DNA from: Euglena gracilis
Taxonomy: Eukaryota
Reading direction: 5' to 3'
DNA: 64,000 bases
Assembly: GCA_039621445.1 (NCBI GenBank)
Contig: CP154954.1
Coordinates: forward strand, 13,138,716-13,202,715
Below, piece by piece: positions 40,501-53,400 of this stretch. The notes beneath the pieces were generated by a model, which saw only the letters and a list, made by a program, of their open reading frames with translations, was not told the origin of the DNA and did not search any database. The first letter of the stretch is position 1. Each line of letters begins with the position of its first letter. Position numbers and translations under genes: made by a program.

Positions 40501-42930
40501 GAGCTTTTCAATCATTTCATTGAGAGCTATCTCTCTTTCTCCAGAACAACGGAAAAATTTCCGATGCATTGGCTTTGCGCCTTCCTTAAGCTCAATCTTA
40601 CAAACTCCAAAAGGTCCGCGAATAGCGGGATCTATATCGCAAGCGTAAACAGGATTCTCCAAAACACCAGAAAATTCGCGACTGATGCGCGTAAAAACTT
40701 CTGCTGATTTGGGGTGCTGTCCTGCACTTTCAATGACAGCGGAAACCTGTTTATGGGTCATATCAACCACAGGGCAGGCAGAACGGTGATGCTTGTCGGC
40801 ATTATGCAGAAAAGCCGTATCGGATACCACATAGTCGGTATTATCCAACACTCTAACATTCAGGGGTCGAGACTGAGAGACATTGAACGCATCAAAGAAA
40901 CAAACACGGAAAATGATTTCTTGAAAAGGTGGTAATACCACTCCACGGAAATCCTCGAATAGAGGAACATCGTTTGGTAGGTCCCACCAATAAAATGTGA
41001 CATAAGTCAAATTTTGAAACCATTCCGCTTCGGGATTCACAGGAACAAGTAATGCGCCTCGCGCTTGATCCTGGAAAATCTTATTTACAACAAGCGGGAT
41101 AAGTATTATGGGGGGATGCATCCATAGGATAGTGTCTCCCCAAAACTTATCAAAAGCGTTAGAATGTTGCGACCAATGTCGCGGTAATCGCGAATGCGCG
41201 TTGGAGGAGAATGCATCAATTTCCAAGGTCAAATCAAAAGAATCCGCCATATCGGCGATTTTTGAAAACCAATGTTTCAAAATTCGATATTGACCAAATT
41301 GAAAAGCATTCCAGGTATCCTTGGTGTACTTGGAGATCCGCTCAACATCCTGAAGGGGGGTAACACGCTGTAACACACAACAACGGAAATTGTGAATCAT
41401 CGACACAAAATGTCCATAGGACTCAATCCAGGGGGTCATGGGTTGGTTGGGCATATCGCCGATACCCAGGTGTGAGTGCGGATAGCACGAATGCGCGATA
41501 TGCGCGGGATTCGCACTATGTGCGTCAAGCGCGATATGCGCGGGGGTGTTGGAGAGCGCCATAGGCGCATGGGGAGCGCTATGCGCAAATCCGAAAAGGG
41601 AGGCTATGCCTTTGCACTGTAGTGCTTGATTCACATTCGCGAATTGCGAAAAGCTTCCAAGTGTATGTGTGGGATGTTAACAACTACTAAGTGTATTGTT
41701 GGGTGCACTACCCATTGTACCAAGGCCATGTACCTTTTGGTTATCTATTAAATCCGTACCGGTTGTACCACTACCAAGTACATAGGTACCACTACCAAGT
41801 GTAGGGGGGTAAAAGTTCCCGGTTGCGGGATCCAATCGGATTAGTTTGGAAGATTCAACTAGACACCCACAATCAAAATCATGGTAAGCGGAGATTCTCC
41901 GACAGTGAGCGCATTGGTAGGAGGGTTGATGCATGTGGTGCGCGTTTGTGTGGGTGTCAGTGCATAAGTTGGTGTCGGTTGGGGTAGCTGCTGGGGGGTG
42001 TACAGGGATGTCTGAAATCGACACACCTGGTGGAAAACGAAAAAGTTGGGCAGCTGGGCGGCTACTCGACACCGTAATTACTTCAGGCCTTTGGGCTTTC
42101 GCCTGGGAACCCAGCGAAACGTGCGGGGTTAAGCTACTGGCTTTCCCTACCGCATGGGAAACGAGCGGTAAAAGTGCGGTGGGTAGGGGGGCAGCTTTCT
42201 CTTTACCCCTAGGGTAGGAAACGGTGTTTTCGGTTGTGGAAAACGTTGTGGAAATGCAGGGGGACATCCCGGGGGATGTCACGGGAGACAAGTTTGGGGG
42301 TGTGATGTGTATGTGGGGGGTAGTTCACAAACCGTGCGAAGGACAATCCACCACCAATCGGTGTTGCCGTAGGAATGGAAAACCGAGTATGACATCAGAT
42401 CCGGCGATATTCTTCTCGAATGCCCAAGTACCCAGAACATTTTGGAATTGTGGGGGGGGGGTGCTTCGGGATAATGGGGAGGACTATGTCCAAAATGCAT
42501 CCCAAGTCACCACCGCACATGGGGCTGTTGTCTGCAGTCATCATTTTGATGAGATTCTTGGCATGAACCAAGAGGGGGGTGGGTATAAGTCCTTTGCGGA
42601 AAAGAAGGGGGATTCGACATCCTGTGTCGACTAAAATTTTGGCTTGTGCACAAAAATTTTGCGTTTTAATTTTCGCTTGGACCAAAAGTTCCATGGGGGG
42701 TAGGCAAAGCGAATGGTCGGGTGTAAAATTGTTGTCGCACCAACTGTTCCATGACCCTTTGCTTACTTTGCTCAACATTCCAAGCAAAAATTTGGCGCGG
42801 GGAGTGGGGGACCCGAAAATTTTCCGGGTACCGACCAAAAAGACCGATGGGCAGGGGGGCAGGGTTGATCAGTTCCTACCTCCATCTGTTCATATGCCCA
42901 GAGGTCCGTGCCCTCAGACCTCGGGCTCCC
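37544..42930 (-). pseudogene. pol: pol polyprotein (protease, Dam-like methyltransferase, RT, RNase H, DDE integrase, chromodomain), frameshifted
   Basis: Protease ILVDTGC (~42625). RT IFDLEDGFHQM and LPMGVKNGPAMFQR. RNase H LEVDSSDYAAGGVL and LTDNESL. Integrase CMDF / IVSDQD / GNGRAE. Chromodomain VDKILDH...WKVRWKGYGPEEDTWEP (37570-37730). Confidence 0.93.
40885..41295 (-). other. Dam-like (DIRS-type) N6-adenine methyltransferase-like domain within pol
   Basis: LEIDAFSSNAHSRLPRHWS..NAFDKFW..LWMHPP..LIPLVVNKI..ARGALLVP..EWFQNL, in the same reading frame as the start of RT. Confidence 0.72.
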
Positions 42931-45900
42931 CTACTCCATATCGGAGTCAGCCTTTTGGCCTATGGTTGTCTTCCTAGAATAAATTGCGCGTATCGCGCCA
43001 TTCGCATTCATGTCTTCCGCCAACTCATCCTCGGTGCTCTCATCCCCCTCCCTGCCCGAAGCCAGGTCTTTTTCCTCGATAGGGGATTTTTTGAAACCAA
43101 CCCGCTGCCTATTGGCAGAACCGCGATTGGAATCGCGACGACCATGGCTAGGACGGGGAGAACAGGAACGGGGGCACTTGGATGAATGGTGGTCTTTAGA
43201 CCCACAAAGGGAACAACGGTTTCGCGATTGTGATTGCCTTTTGGCATCATAGCGACGCGGGGATCGCGTATCCGCTCGACCGCGATCAGATCGCGAAGAG
43301 GATGATCCACTTCGCGACCGAGATCGCAAAGAATCGCGATTCGTATCCCGATTGCAGGTGGGGGGGCGGGGGGACCGACCACGCGGTATGAAACCACGTC
43401 CGCTATTGCGGTGGGGTGAACAGGAACGCGGTCTACCATCACCCGATCGGTATCCCGATCGCTGCGAATGCGCAGAACGTGAAGAACGCGACCTCCAGGA
43501 AGAGAGGGATCCTCGGGGGCTCTTACTGCGATTTCGCGCTTGGGGATTGGGACACTCCCGAGACATAAGTCCTGGTTGATTACACAAAAAGCAAACTTTG
43601 TCCGAAACTTGATCAGAAGAGCGCGAGTAGCGCGGTTTGGATTCCCGTGTGGGGGATTTGGGGTTTGAGCGCGGATGGCGCGTTTTGGAATCACTCGATG
43701 GTGATTTTGGTGATTTTGGGGAAGTAGTCCTTTGGACTGCATGGACTGAACCGGTGGGTACACCCGCGGTGGGGTGGTGGTGATACGCCGATTCAATCTG
43801 ACCCAGAAGTTGTGATAACTTCATTTGTTTGGAAACATAGTTCCATCTCTCATCGAGAGTCAAAATGTGTCCCGCGAGTTCCTCGCGGTTAATTTCCTTG
43901 ATGAGTTTGGGGATATAGCGCAGTAATACCGCATCAAATTGTTCTTTGATTTGCTCTTCCCCTAACTCATCAACTTCGGCTGCCAGTGCAAGCCACTTGG
44001 AGTACCATAAGTCTATCAAACTTCCATTTGCGGTCCGGGGAGGTAAATTGCCGCCATTTGTTTTCCAGACTGATTCTGGAAACCAAACTGGAGCATGATG
44101 AAGCATATTGCTCAACCAATTCCTCAAAAGAAATGCGCCTGCATATGACTAATTGTCTGGCGCGTTCTTTTTCATCCCTTGGGAGGCAATCAATAAACTC
44201 CATCTTGATTACCTCTGGGTTGTCAACTTGGGTGGGTCCCTTCAAATCCAATAATATTCCCAGTCGCGGAAAAATTGTTTCCATGTGGTGGGGTCACCAT
44301 AACATTGGGGCTTCACCTTGTTCGCTATCGCGATGGTGCCTTTGAAATCTTTCTGAGAAACCCGTTGCCCTTCGGTGGTATTCCAGGGGTGTGGGCCCGG
44401 GCGCGAAATTGCACCACGTGCAGGTACACCGGTGGTTGCACCAAGGGTATTGTTCGGGTAATTCTGCGAATGCGCACGGAACATACCACTTAGTGTACCA
44501 TAGGTACCATGCAAATTAAATGAATCGCGATTGCGCGAACGGTGATGCGGTTGCGCATGTAGGGGTGAGGTATCACATGGTTGCACCATTGGTGCTACTA
44601 AGCGAGTTTGGGAAGTATGACCAAAACCCAGTGTGGGGGTGCGGGCCATACCACGAATTAGTTCGGATTCCCGAATCTCTTGATATAAGAGGGGGGTGGG
44701 TCTGGTTTTCGCTTGAAAACTCGACTCGTCATCCGAAAACTCGTCCATTGGGCCTGGTAATGCTAGTGGGGGAACCACCGCATGAGCGGAAACGCGATTT
44801 GGTGGTAATGTGCCTGTGGACTCGGGGATTGTTGCGCGAGTGGCGCTTTTTGAGCTGGAAGCTGCGGCAAGTGTGCCAACCATACCCGATTGCGGGTTTT
44901 GATGGATGGAACGCAATTGTGCGTGAATTTGGTCCAAATTTGTTGCAAACTCATGCACACTTTGCTCCAAATAGTCAACAACCTGCCAATTGTCGGTTAT
45001 CCGACCCACATCCTCCTGCAAACGCCTAATCCGCCTACGGTATGAGGGTAGCTCATCCAAAAGCGGGATTTTGTCGGATATCGACTGGAAATCGTGCGAA
45101 ATTGCACCAAAACCAGTGTCCAATTCCTGTACTCTTGTCACCAACGTGCGCATCGCACTGTAAATGTTCTCCAATTGTGGAGATGGCTTGGTGGGTTGGT
45201 CCGAATGCGGATCTTTGACTTTTTCAGCCATTTGCTGTTTCTGCAACACTGAAACTTGCGCGGATAGCGCGATAAGCTCATTTTGCAGTTTTGTGACATC
45301 CTGCTTCACCGTTTTCTCGGTGTTCATGAGACCATCACAAAATCCTTGCATGATTTGGTGATTTTCCGCGCGCATTTCAGCGCGAATCTGGTCCAACTGT
45401 GTGTTTGGGAGTGTGGGGGGAGGTGTTGGTAACGGCAATGTGCCTTGGGGTGGTGATTGCACCTGAAGCATTTTTGTGCTCATTTCTTGCATGCGTTTGT
45501 GCAAATCCGCTATCGCGGTGTGAATGCCGGTAACATCCGGGATCCTACCAGCTACTTCCGCATGGCGGGTGTGCAACTTAGCCAATGACGCTTCAATGTT
45601 ACTAACATCCTGTTGTTACTGTTTGTGCAAGTCGGACATGGTGGCCTTGAGTCCGCTAATATGCGGTGTTGGTGCACGGGTTGCCGCATTGCGGTTCTGC
45701 AAATCCGTGATTGCGGTCCGGATTTCCATTGTGTCGTTTTGCCACTGTTGTTGCAAATTGTCAATCCTACTCGCGATATTCGCGATTTGCGTTTGAAAAC
45801 TCACAATTTCAGCAAGAATTTCGCTACAATGGCAAGATATCTGCTCCAATCGAGAAAGTCTTTCCTCCAATTGTTGCACATACGTGCGGGGGGCAAAACG

Positions 45901-47145
45901 TTCATTGGCTTGGGCGGAAAAGTGCGCAAAATTCGCGGAATCACCGCTCTACTGGGAAATGTGCTGTTGCGCTTCCTGAAATGCGGATGCAAGTGTGGAG
46001 AATTGCTCCAATGTGATAAATTGTCCCAAATCGGGATTTTTGACGGAGATTTCATGCAACTTTTGCTGCAATTGTGGAAAAATTGCCGTAATTGGTTCCA
46101 ATTGATGGGATAAAGCTTGCAAACTACGTTGCATGTTGGAGAAAATCGCATCATTGCGGGATTGTGTTTCACACATGGCTTAACTCACTTTTTGGAAGTG
46201 TTGTGGCAAATGTGCCTGCAAATGTGTGTCTAAACCTTGACGCAAAGTTGCTAGGTCCACATTGGTGGATTGAACATTTGTTCGGCAATATTCACCAACA
46301 TCACGCACATAACTGCAAAGGTAATTCAGCTTGTGTTCTACAAACTTTTGGTTGTTTTCATCAAAATCCAAAACAGTGTTAAGTGTCATAGCGCAATCCG
46401 CTACACGGATTGAGTACACACTAAGTGTGGACATGGGAGATTTGCCGCGTTAGCGGGTGGTCCACTGGAAGATTTGCGACTATGCGCTGAATCACGGTAA
46501 TGGGTTGAGGGGAAATATTTTTCAACTACTCCGCATCACTGCTCATAGATTCTGTGGGACTTGCATAAGCCGGAACTGTCAAACGCATCTCCGGGTGCCA
46601 TGGCAATGCCGGAAAAGAACCCGTATCGGGTGGTGCGGGCAATTGTCCAATCAGACTTGTGGGGGGAAGCATAGGTGGGGGCTGAAAGAAACATGGTGTT
46701 TCTAACCCACCCTCAACAAAAAGTTGCTGTGGCGTATCCGCCTCAGAGTCAAATGTGCCTATCGGCACCAGTGCGAGATCTCGCCGTGGGAATGGGTGTT
46801 AGCCGATCGGCTTTCCAACAAAAGGGGTTGGGCCTGTTGGGCATGGGGTTGCTCTATAGAGCTGGAAACCAAAAGTGGTTGTGCCTGTTGGGCATGGGTT
46901 TGCTCTATAGAGCTTGACACCGATAAGTGTGGGGGTGCCCATCGGGCGGTGGGAGGATTATTCGACACAGACACCGATAGGTGTGACACACGCGGGGAAG
47001 GAGGATTACCTGCACAATGAGTCAATGCTTGAGTACCCCTATGGGGTTGAGAATCCTCATTGGAGCTAGTCAATGATGCCGCAGGTTCAAGTACTCGAAG
47101 TGATCCAATCAATGCAGCGTAGTCAATGGGAGTTGTGCTCTGCAT
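42931..47145 (-). pseudogene. gag: Very long gag (~1,400 codons): coiled-coil N-terminal half, capsid-like region, two CCHC knuckles around an Arg/Ser-rich tract; disrupted
   Basis: ATG at 47145 (MQSTTP). Knuckles CFLCNQPGLMSREC (His lost) and CSLCGSKDHHSSKC. Ends at TAG 42933-42931. Homologous throughout to 50462-54439. Confidence 0.85.
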
Positions 47146-47371
47146 TTTTGAAGCAAAAACACAAAAACCAAGTGTAACTAGTGGTGTAAAATGCAGAAAC
47201 AAGTGCAAAAAGAGGGGATAGTATAAAAAGTAAGCAGAGACCCGAACTCTGAGGTTTGAAGCAGCGTATACTGCGAACCGTCAGAGGACGTGTCCGTGCG
47301 TACGGCTTTGGCCGGAAACGGCTTGTAGTGCCTGTGGTCGCCTATAGGCGGGGCACCACACGACCGTTTCC

Positions 47372-47404
47372 GGTCAAATGGATCGAAAACCTAAACTGCT
47401 ACCA
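47372..47404 (-). other. Primer-binding site, initiator tRNA-Met-like
   Basis: TGGTAGCAGTTTAGGTTTTCGATCCATTTGACC immediately after the 5' LTR. Confidence 0.8.
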
Positions 47405-47852
47405 AGTGTACGTCCAACCCTTTTCCTCGCTTTCGGCCTTTGGTGCGCAAGGTAAAAAGTTGGAGTAACAAAAGGGAAAAAAACTAAAATAATATAAAAG
47501 TTGTAAGCCCTTTTCCCCAATTAAGAGGCAGAGCACAAGGCAGGGGAGAAGCCCTATGGGCTACGACAATGCAAAGTACCAAGTGAATTGGCTGTCCTTT
47601 CAGGACTTCAAATGAAAACAAATCAAACTTGAAATTCAAGTAAGACAAAGTGAAAGAACAAAGTAGAAAATAGAAAATACCACCTGTGGAGAGGAGAACC
47701 AGAATAAGGATTAGGTATTCCTAATTCAGGCCGTTGGCCATCTTTAGGAATACCACCTAGCATAGTACTGTGTATGGGGCTCAGAGCTATATCTGGCCGT
47801 AGGCTTATACCTACATACACAGTACCATGGCCTTACGGCTGCCTGGTACACA
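47405..47852 (-). repeat. 5' LTR of element 1 (448 bp)
   Basis: Near-identical to 30455-30901. Confidence 0.95.
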
Positions 47853-50461
47853 GGCGGCTCAATTGGTCTAGTAGTCCCGGGATAAACCGTGACCAGCGAG
47901 GAGTTGCGTGGGAGTACTTCAGTGCCACAATGGATTTTCCTTCTGAAGATTTTCCAGAGAGATTATTCCTGCCAAATTTACTTGTCGTATCACCACAGAT
48001 TTTTCAGAAAAGCGAAGTCCCAGCAGTTTTTCATGGGTTGCCACAGGATGTTAAGACCCGAGAAGATTTTTCACAATCAACTTGGCCAATTTCAGCACGA
48101 ATTTAGACGAGTACCCAGATTTTTTTGGAATTTTCTCAAGATTCCCACAGTTTTTGCCAACGGCATGCATTTTCAGCAATATTTATTGTGGGGGGCATGG
48201 GCCCATTTATAAACTGGCATGTATTTTCCCGCACAAAGGTGTTATCTCACACAAGGTTCGTTCAGCTTTCAAGTGAAAAAAAAGTTAATTTTTCCTTTCC
48301 CCGTCACAGAAAGTTTCCTGTGACTTTGACAGATTTTCAGCCAAAGCGGTCGAGATGGGTGATATCCTCCGTACGGGGAGATGGGGAGGAGGGAAGATCC
48401 TTGGTAGGAATGTGCAATGAGGAGAGTGCACGAAAGTTATGTGGGATGGGATCTTTTCAGAAACGACCACAAAAACAGGCGGAGACCCAAGCCCGTCCCG
48501 TTTTGCAAATTTTCCTTTTACCCCCTAGTTGCTCCCTCCCTAGGCAACCTAGGTCCAGAGGTATGGGGAGCAACATTTTTGACACCCCTCGCTCAGATTT
48601 TGGTCTTCCCCAGAATGGTGTATTTTCCTTCCGTATTTTTTGCAAGTAACAGACTCACGAACAATACCTTCTTTGTATGCCCTCCAGGTAAGCGTGTTGG
48701 ACTTTCCCGTTGAAACACATGAAACATTTCCATCTGTGATTGCCCTGGTGCAACATTAGCTCACAGGGATTGGGGAAGGGGAAGGGATGATGGGGGAAGG
48801 CGCCGTTCTTTGTTGCCAAGATTCAATTTTTGTAGGTATCCCATTTCGGGGCATGGTGAAAAATGACGCAAAAATAAACAGGTTTTCTTTTCATTAGCAG
48901 GATTTTACGCCAAAACTGTCCAGAGTTTCAACAACGTTTTTTAAGAAGGATTGGAAGTTTTTTTGAGACATAAATTTTCGACGCTTCAGAGTTTTGTCAA
49001 ATGTGTCTCTGATGCGAATACGTGTCATGTGCTAAGACAAGAATTTCCCCTTATTTTTCACCAAAAACGGTAGAATTAAAGCCAGAAAGAAAAAGAAACT
49101 AGAAAGGAGTTGGCAAGGGAAAAAAGTTTGCTTATTTCACTCAGTGGATGGTTGATTTCCATCGGACATGAATTGCTGATTTCCCCTAGCGATTTTCATT
49201 TCCCCCAAGCTCAAGTCCTGAGAATGATACAGGGATTTTTTGAACAAACGCAGAGGGGATGCAATTCAAAGGACCAGGTGACCCCCTCTTGATACGAGTC
49301 AACCCCGCGTTTGGTTGCAGGTAACCAAATTCGTTTAAAAAACACGAAACGAGAACGTTTCTCAAAATTTCACCAGAAAACCTCAGGAAGGGGGGGCGTC
49401 GTCAAAAAATTCTTCGAAAGTGGAAGAAGCACCGCTGCTAAACCCCAACTCTCTTGTAGATGCCCCCTAATGAATTTTGGGTTCGGAGGAACAATTTTTG
49501 AAATGCCAAGGAGACAAAAAATTGACAATTTTGGATTTTATTTCTGTAAAAGCAAAAGTTGGACAAATTTTCCAAGTGCATTTTTTCTCCAAAAGAGGTT
49601 ACAATTTGAGCCAAGATTTGAGAGATGGCCGGGTGGGCAAGGGTTGGTGTGACCCACCCAAAAAAACGAATCCGTAAGTCACATTTCCTTTTCACTTTTG
49701 GGAAAAGTGATCAATTTTTTTTGTTGTTTCTGATATTTGGTGTTTGGTCGCGACAAGCAACATACCACAAAATTCAACAATACCCCCTAACAGAAAAGCG
49801 TGCAACACTCAAAAAGCGGGGAAAGACAAAAAAACGAAAACAAAACAAAGTTTGTGAGACTAATGTCATGAGCAACGCTTCCAAACTGTGTACCAGGCGT
49901 ATGCTTCTCTCCACTTCCGTTAAGGAAGTTAGGATGGAAGCTGATCCTTCTCTCTCCACAGGTGGTATTCTTATTCTTTTATATTCTTGTTCCTTCCTTT
50001 TCTCTGGACCGGACTTGGATATCCAGTCCGTCCTCCCTGCATTGCACTGTGCTCTGCTTCTTGGGAAGTGGGAAAAGGGTTTTTTCTGTTACTCTGATTT
50101 TCAGTTCCCAAGTAGGTGCGCCAAGGCGAAAGCGAAGGCTTTTTGTGAATTGGGAAAGGGAAATTGGGAATCAGACGTACACTTGGTAGCAGATTGGTTA
50201 CGATCCCACACATACTTCACAGAAAGAAAGGCTACCAGGTATTACACTTGGTAGCAGATTGGTTCGATCCTACGCTGACTGGCAGCGCAGGGCCCCTGCA
50301 CCGTTGTTACACGGTCGCAGCGTCAGCTCCCGGCTTCTAGTCAACGTCTAAGCAGACGAGCAGGCTCCGGAAGGCTCTGTACGGATTACCCGTTACAGCC
50401 CCTCTGGTGCCAGCACATCTGCTTAGTTTTGTGGTTTTTTGCTGTTTTTGTCATCAGAAAG

Positions 50462-53400
50462 ATGCAAAGCACAGGCCCCAACCATCAATTCAACTATGCC
50501 TTATTACAGGCATCATTGCAAGACATTGACCAAGAAACTGGGGACTGGAAGCTTTTATGTGAACGTGCTTCCAGTTCCCACGCCGATGAGGCACAATTGG
50601 TTCAATTGTCAAGATTGCAACATTTGTCATCATTGACAGTGGTCGGCGATGAGCCCTCCACTTCATTGGCTTCAGAGGCTAATGCGGCCTCTTCCGCAAT
50701 CACCTTGCCACAACGGGGGTATTCGCCTCTGTCTGCGGCAATGGTGCAGCTGCGCACGCCGGAGAGACCCGTGGTGATTCCGCCACCGGGCTTCTCTGGT
50801 GATGGTGGGCTGGAAACCCCGTGTTTCTTTCAACCACCCCACCCGTTCTTCCACCGGCAAGCCCTTACAGAGCTTTGCCACCACCACCCGATCTTGGGTG
50901 CTATCCCGCATTACCTTGGCAGCCGGAGACTCGCCTAGTGGTACCAGAATTCTCTGGTACGTCCCAACCCATGGATGGCTATGGGAAGGGCACTGGGGAG
51001 CTCCTCACTGCTGAGGATGTGCAGGATATCGTTGCTCGGCTTCCAGGGGATCACCCCCTTGTGAGGCAGTTCAACCATGTGCAACAATGTGTTGCAGATT
51101 GTGCAACTGCACTGAACAAAGTGCTTCAGTTTGATGAGGACAACCAAAAACATGTCTTCACCAATCTGGAATACTGCTGGAATTACTTGCAGGAAGTTGG
51201 GAAATATTGCCAGAGGAATTTCGAAAGTGCGGGTATTGACCTTGCAAACTTTCGGGAAACCTTTGACAAAATGTGCCAACAACTCCCGCAAAACTTCCGG
51301 CAAATAAGTGAATGCATGCATGAAGCGGAAACGCGGAATGACTCCAAGTTTCTGCACTTGCATGACTCACTACGGCAGTTATCGGGACAAATGCAGTCCT
51401 GTTCATCCGCGTTGTTGCATTTGCAACAACAGTTGCATGCACGAGATTCCTCGTCTGCAACAACAAACAGTGGTGGATTTGTGTCTACGGACCATTTCAC
51501 CACATTGTTCGCAACTTTTCATGAATCGAAACTCCGCATTATGCAGTTGTGCGATGAAACGGAAACGTTTCGGCAATTCCAGTCACAAGCTAATGAGAAT
51601 TTTGCTCCCCACGCGTATGTGCGGCAGTTGGAGGAGCGACTTTCCCGTTTGGAGCAGAAAACCTGCTATTGTGATGCAAATCGGGTTCGACTATCCAATC
51701 TGAGCGCGAAAGTCGCGGAAGTAGCACAACGACAGGATTACTTGCAGTTGCAGTTGCAATCCGACATTGGCGGGATTAACTCGGCCATTGCGGGTTTGCA
51801 ACAAAGCTATTCCGCACTTTCCCACCGAGTTTCGGACATTAGCGGTATTCAAACTGCTATTGGAGAACTCCAGACCCGGTATGCATCTGTGTCTACCAAA
51901 GTAGCGGAAATGCAGTCTCTACCTGCAGCTTCCAGTTCCCGGATTACAGAGAACCCTGATTTCAAGGCATTTTATGACAAAATGCTCACTGGCAATCAGG
52001 AAACCTTGCAAGATTTCTGCAACAGCCTATTACGGCTTGAGGAATCGGTGAATCGGAATTCCCGATCCACGCAAGGTGAGATTACCAGGTTGGATGAGCG
52101 AATTTCCGCGTTTCTGGATAAGCCACAACCCGGAAATTTGCCCGTAATTACCACAACCGCGTTGTCGGATAACCCCGCACTGGTTGAACCCAACACCACA
52201 CCAACCAAGGTGCAAACACCTTTGCAGATTCTCTCAAAAGCTGTAAAATCATTAACGGGACAACTCCAATTATTGGATGAGTCTCACGGGAAACTTGTCC
52301 AAGATGTTACCGGAATTTCTGAAAGGATTCCGCATTTGGATGACTTTTCCCGTTACCGCAAGCGTATTCGCGCTTCGGAGGATGAGGTTAACCGTTTTTG
52401 CGGCCAACTCCAACTCGTTGAGCATTTGGAGCAAAGTGTGCATTACTTGTCTGTCGGTTTGGATAGTGTACAACCAACAGCGGGTTTCACACCGCAATTC
52501 GGCAGTATTCATTGCCGAAGATGCGCCACATGTTCCAGATTCGCGTTTCCACAACCCGAATCCAGGTGCACACGCACCACCACCACCCGTGTCCCGAGTG
52601 TCACAATCCGCGATTCCGCGAATGGTGCCACCATTGGCCCTGTCCACAACCCAAACCCAGTTTTCGGATGAATTTCCCATTACGGGAACCGAATTTTCGG
52701 AAAAAACGGCGATTCTGCAAATGTCTCCATCAAGAAATACATCATTGCATGCTTGTGCGTGGAATGAGCCAAACCCGTACACCGGGAGTGGGTCACATGT
52801 TGCATGCGCGACATACCCCCACACCGGAGAGTCCCCCTATTACGGGTGACCAACAGGGTTTGCGACCGGATTTCCGGTACCAGGATTCACCTTCACCAGA
52901 AATTTCGCGATTCCGACAAGAATCCGGAAAGGATACGCTTTGTGCTCGAGCGTACCCAGGCACAAAACCGCCCTATACCACCGAGGGTCATTGGGTTTCT
53001 CAGAAAGACTTCAAGGGCACCATCGCAATCGCGAACAAGGTGAAACCCCAATGGGAAGGTGATCCAACCACATGGAGACAGTTTTTCCGGGACTGAGAGT
53101 ACTACTGGGCATTGAAAGGGCCAACCCAGGACACAAACCCGGAGGTGATCAAGATGTAATTCATCGATTGCCTCCCTAGGGATGAGAAGGAGCGCGCGCG
53201 ACAACTTGTACTTCGCTACCGCGTTTCCTTTGATGACCTGGTGGAGCAATACGCTTCCACCAGTTCAAGTTTGGTCGCTGGGATTACTCTAGAGACCAAG
53301 TGGTGGCAATGCGCCTCCCCCGATCGCAATTGGAAGTCCATTGACTTTTTTTATGTCAAATGGTTAGGACTTGCCGCTGAAGTGGATGAACTCAGTGAAA

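Larger units (their letters stand above)
30455..47852 (-). mobile_element. Full-length (17.4 kb) decayed Ty3/Gypsy chromodomain LTR retrotransposon with methyltransferase-like domain and extra ORF
   Basis: LTRs at 30455-30901 and 47405-47852 (about 10 differences by eye). TSD GGCGG at 30450-30454 and 47853-47857. PBS TGGTAGCAG and PPT GGGAGGGGGA present. Order is gag-PR-MT-RT-RH-IN-CHD-ORF3. Confidence 0.96.

Noticed and set aside
47372-47404. tRNA gene
   Set aside because: Only a 3' tRNA-like fragment ending in CCA next to an LTR, i.e. a PBS; no cloverleaf
30455-47852. Classification as a DIRS element because of the MT domain
   Set aside because: It has direct LTRs, a TSD, PBS/PPT, an aspartic protease and a DDE integrase; no tyrosine recombinase was seen
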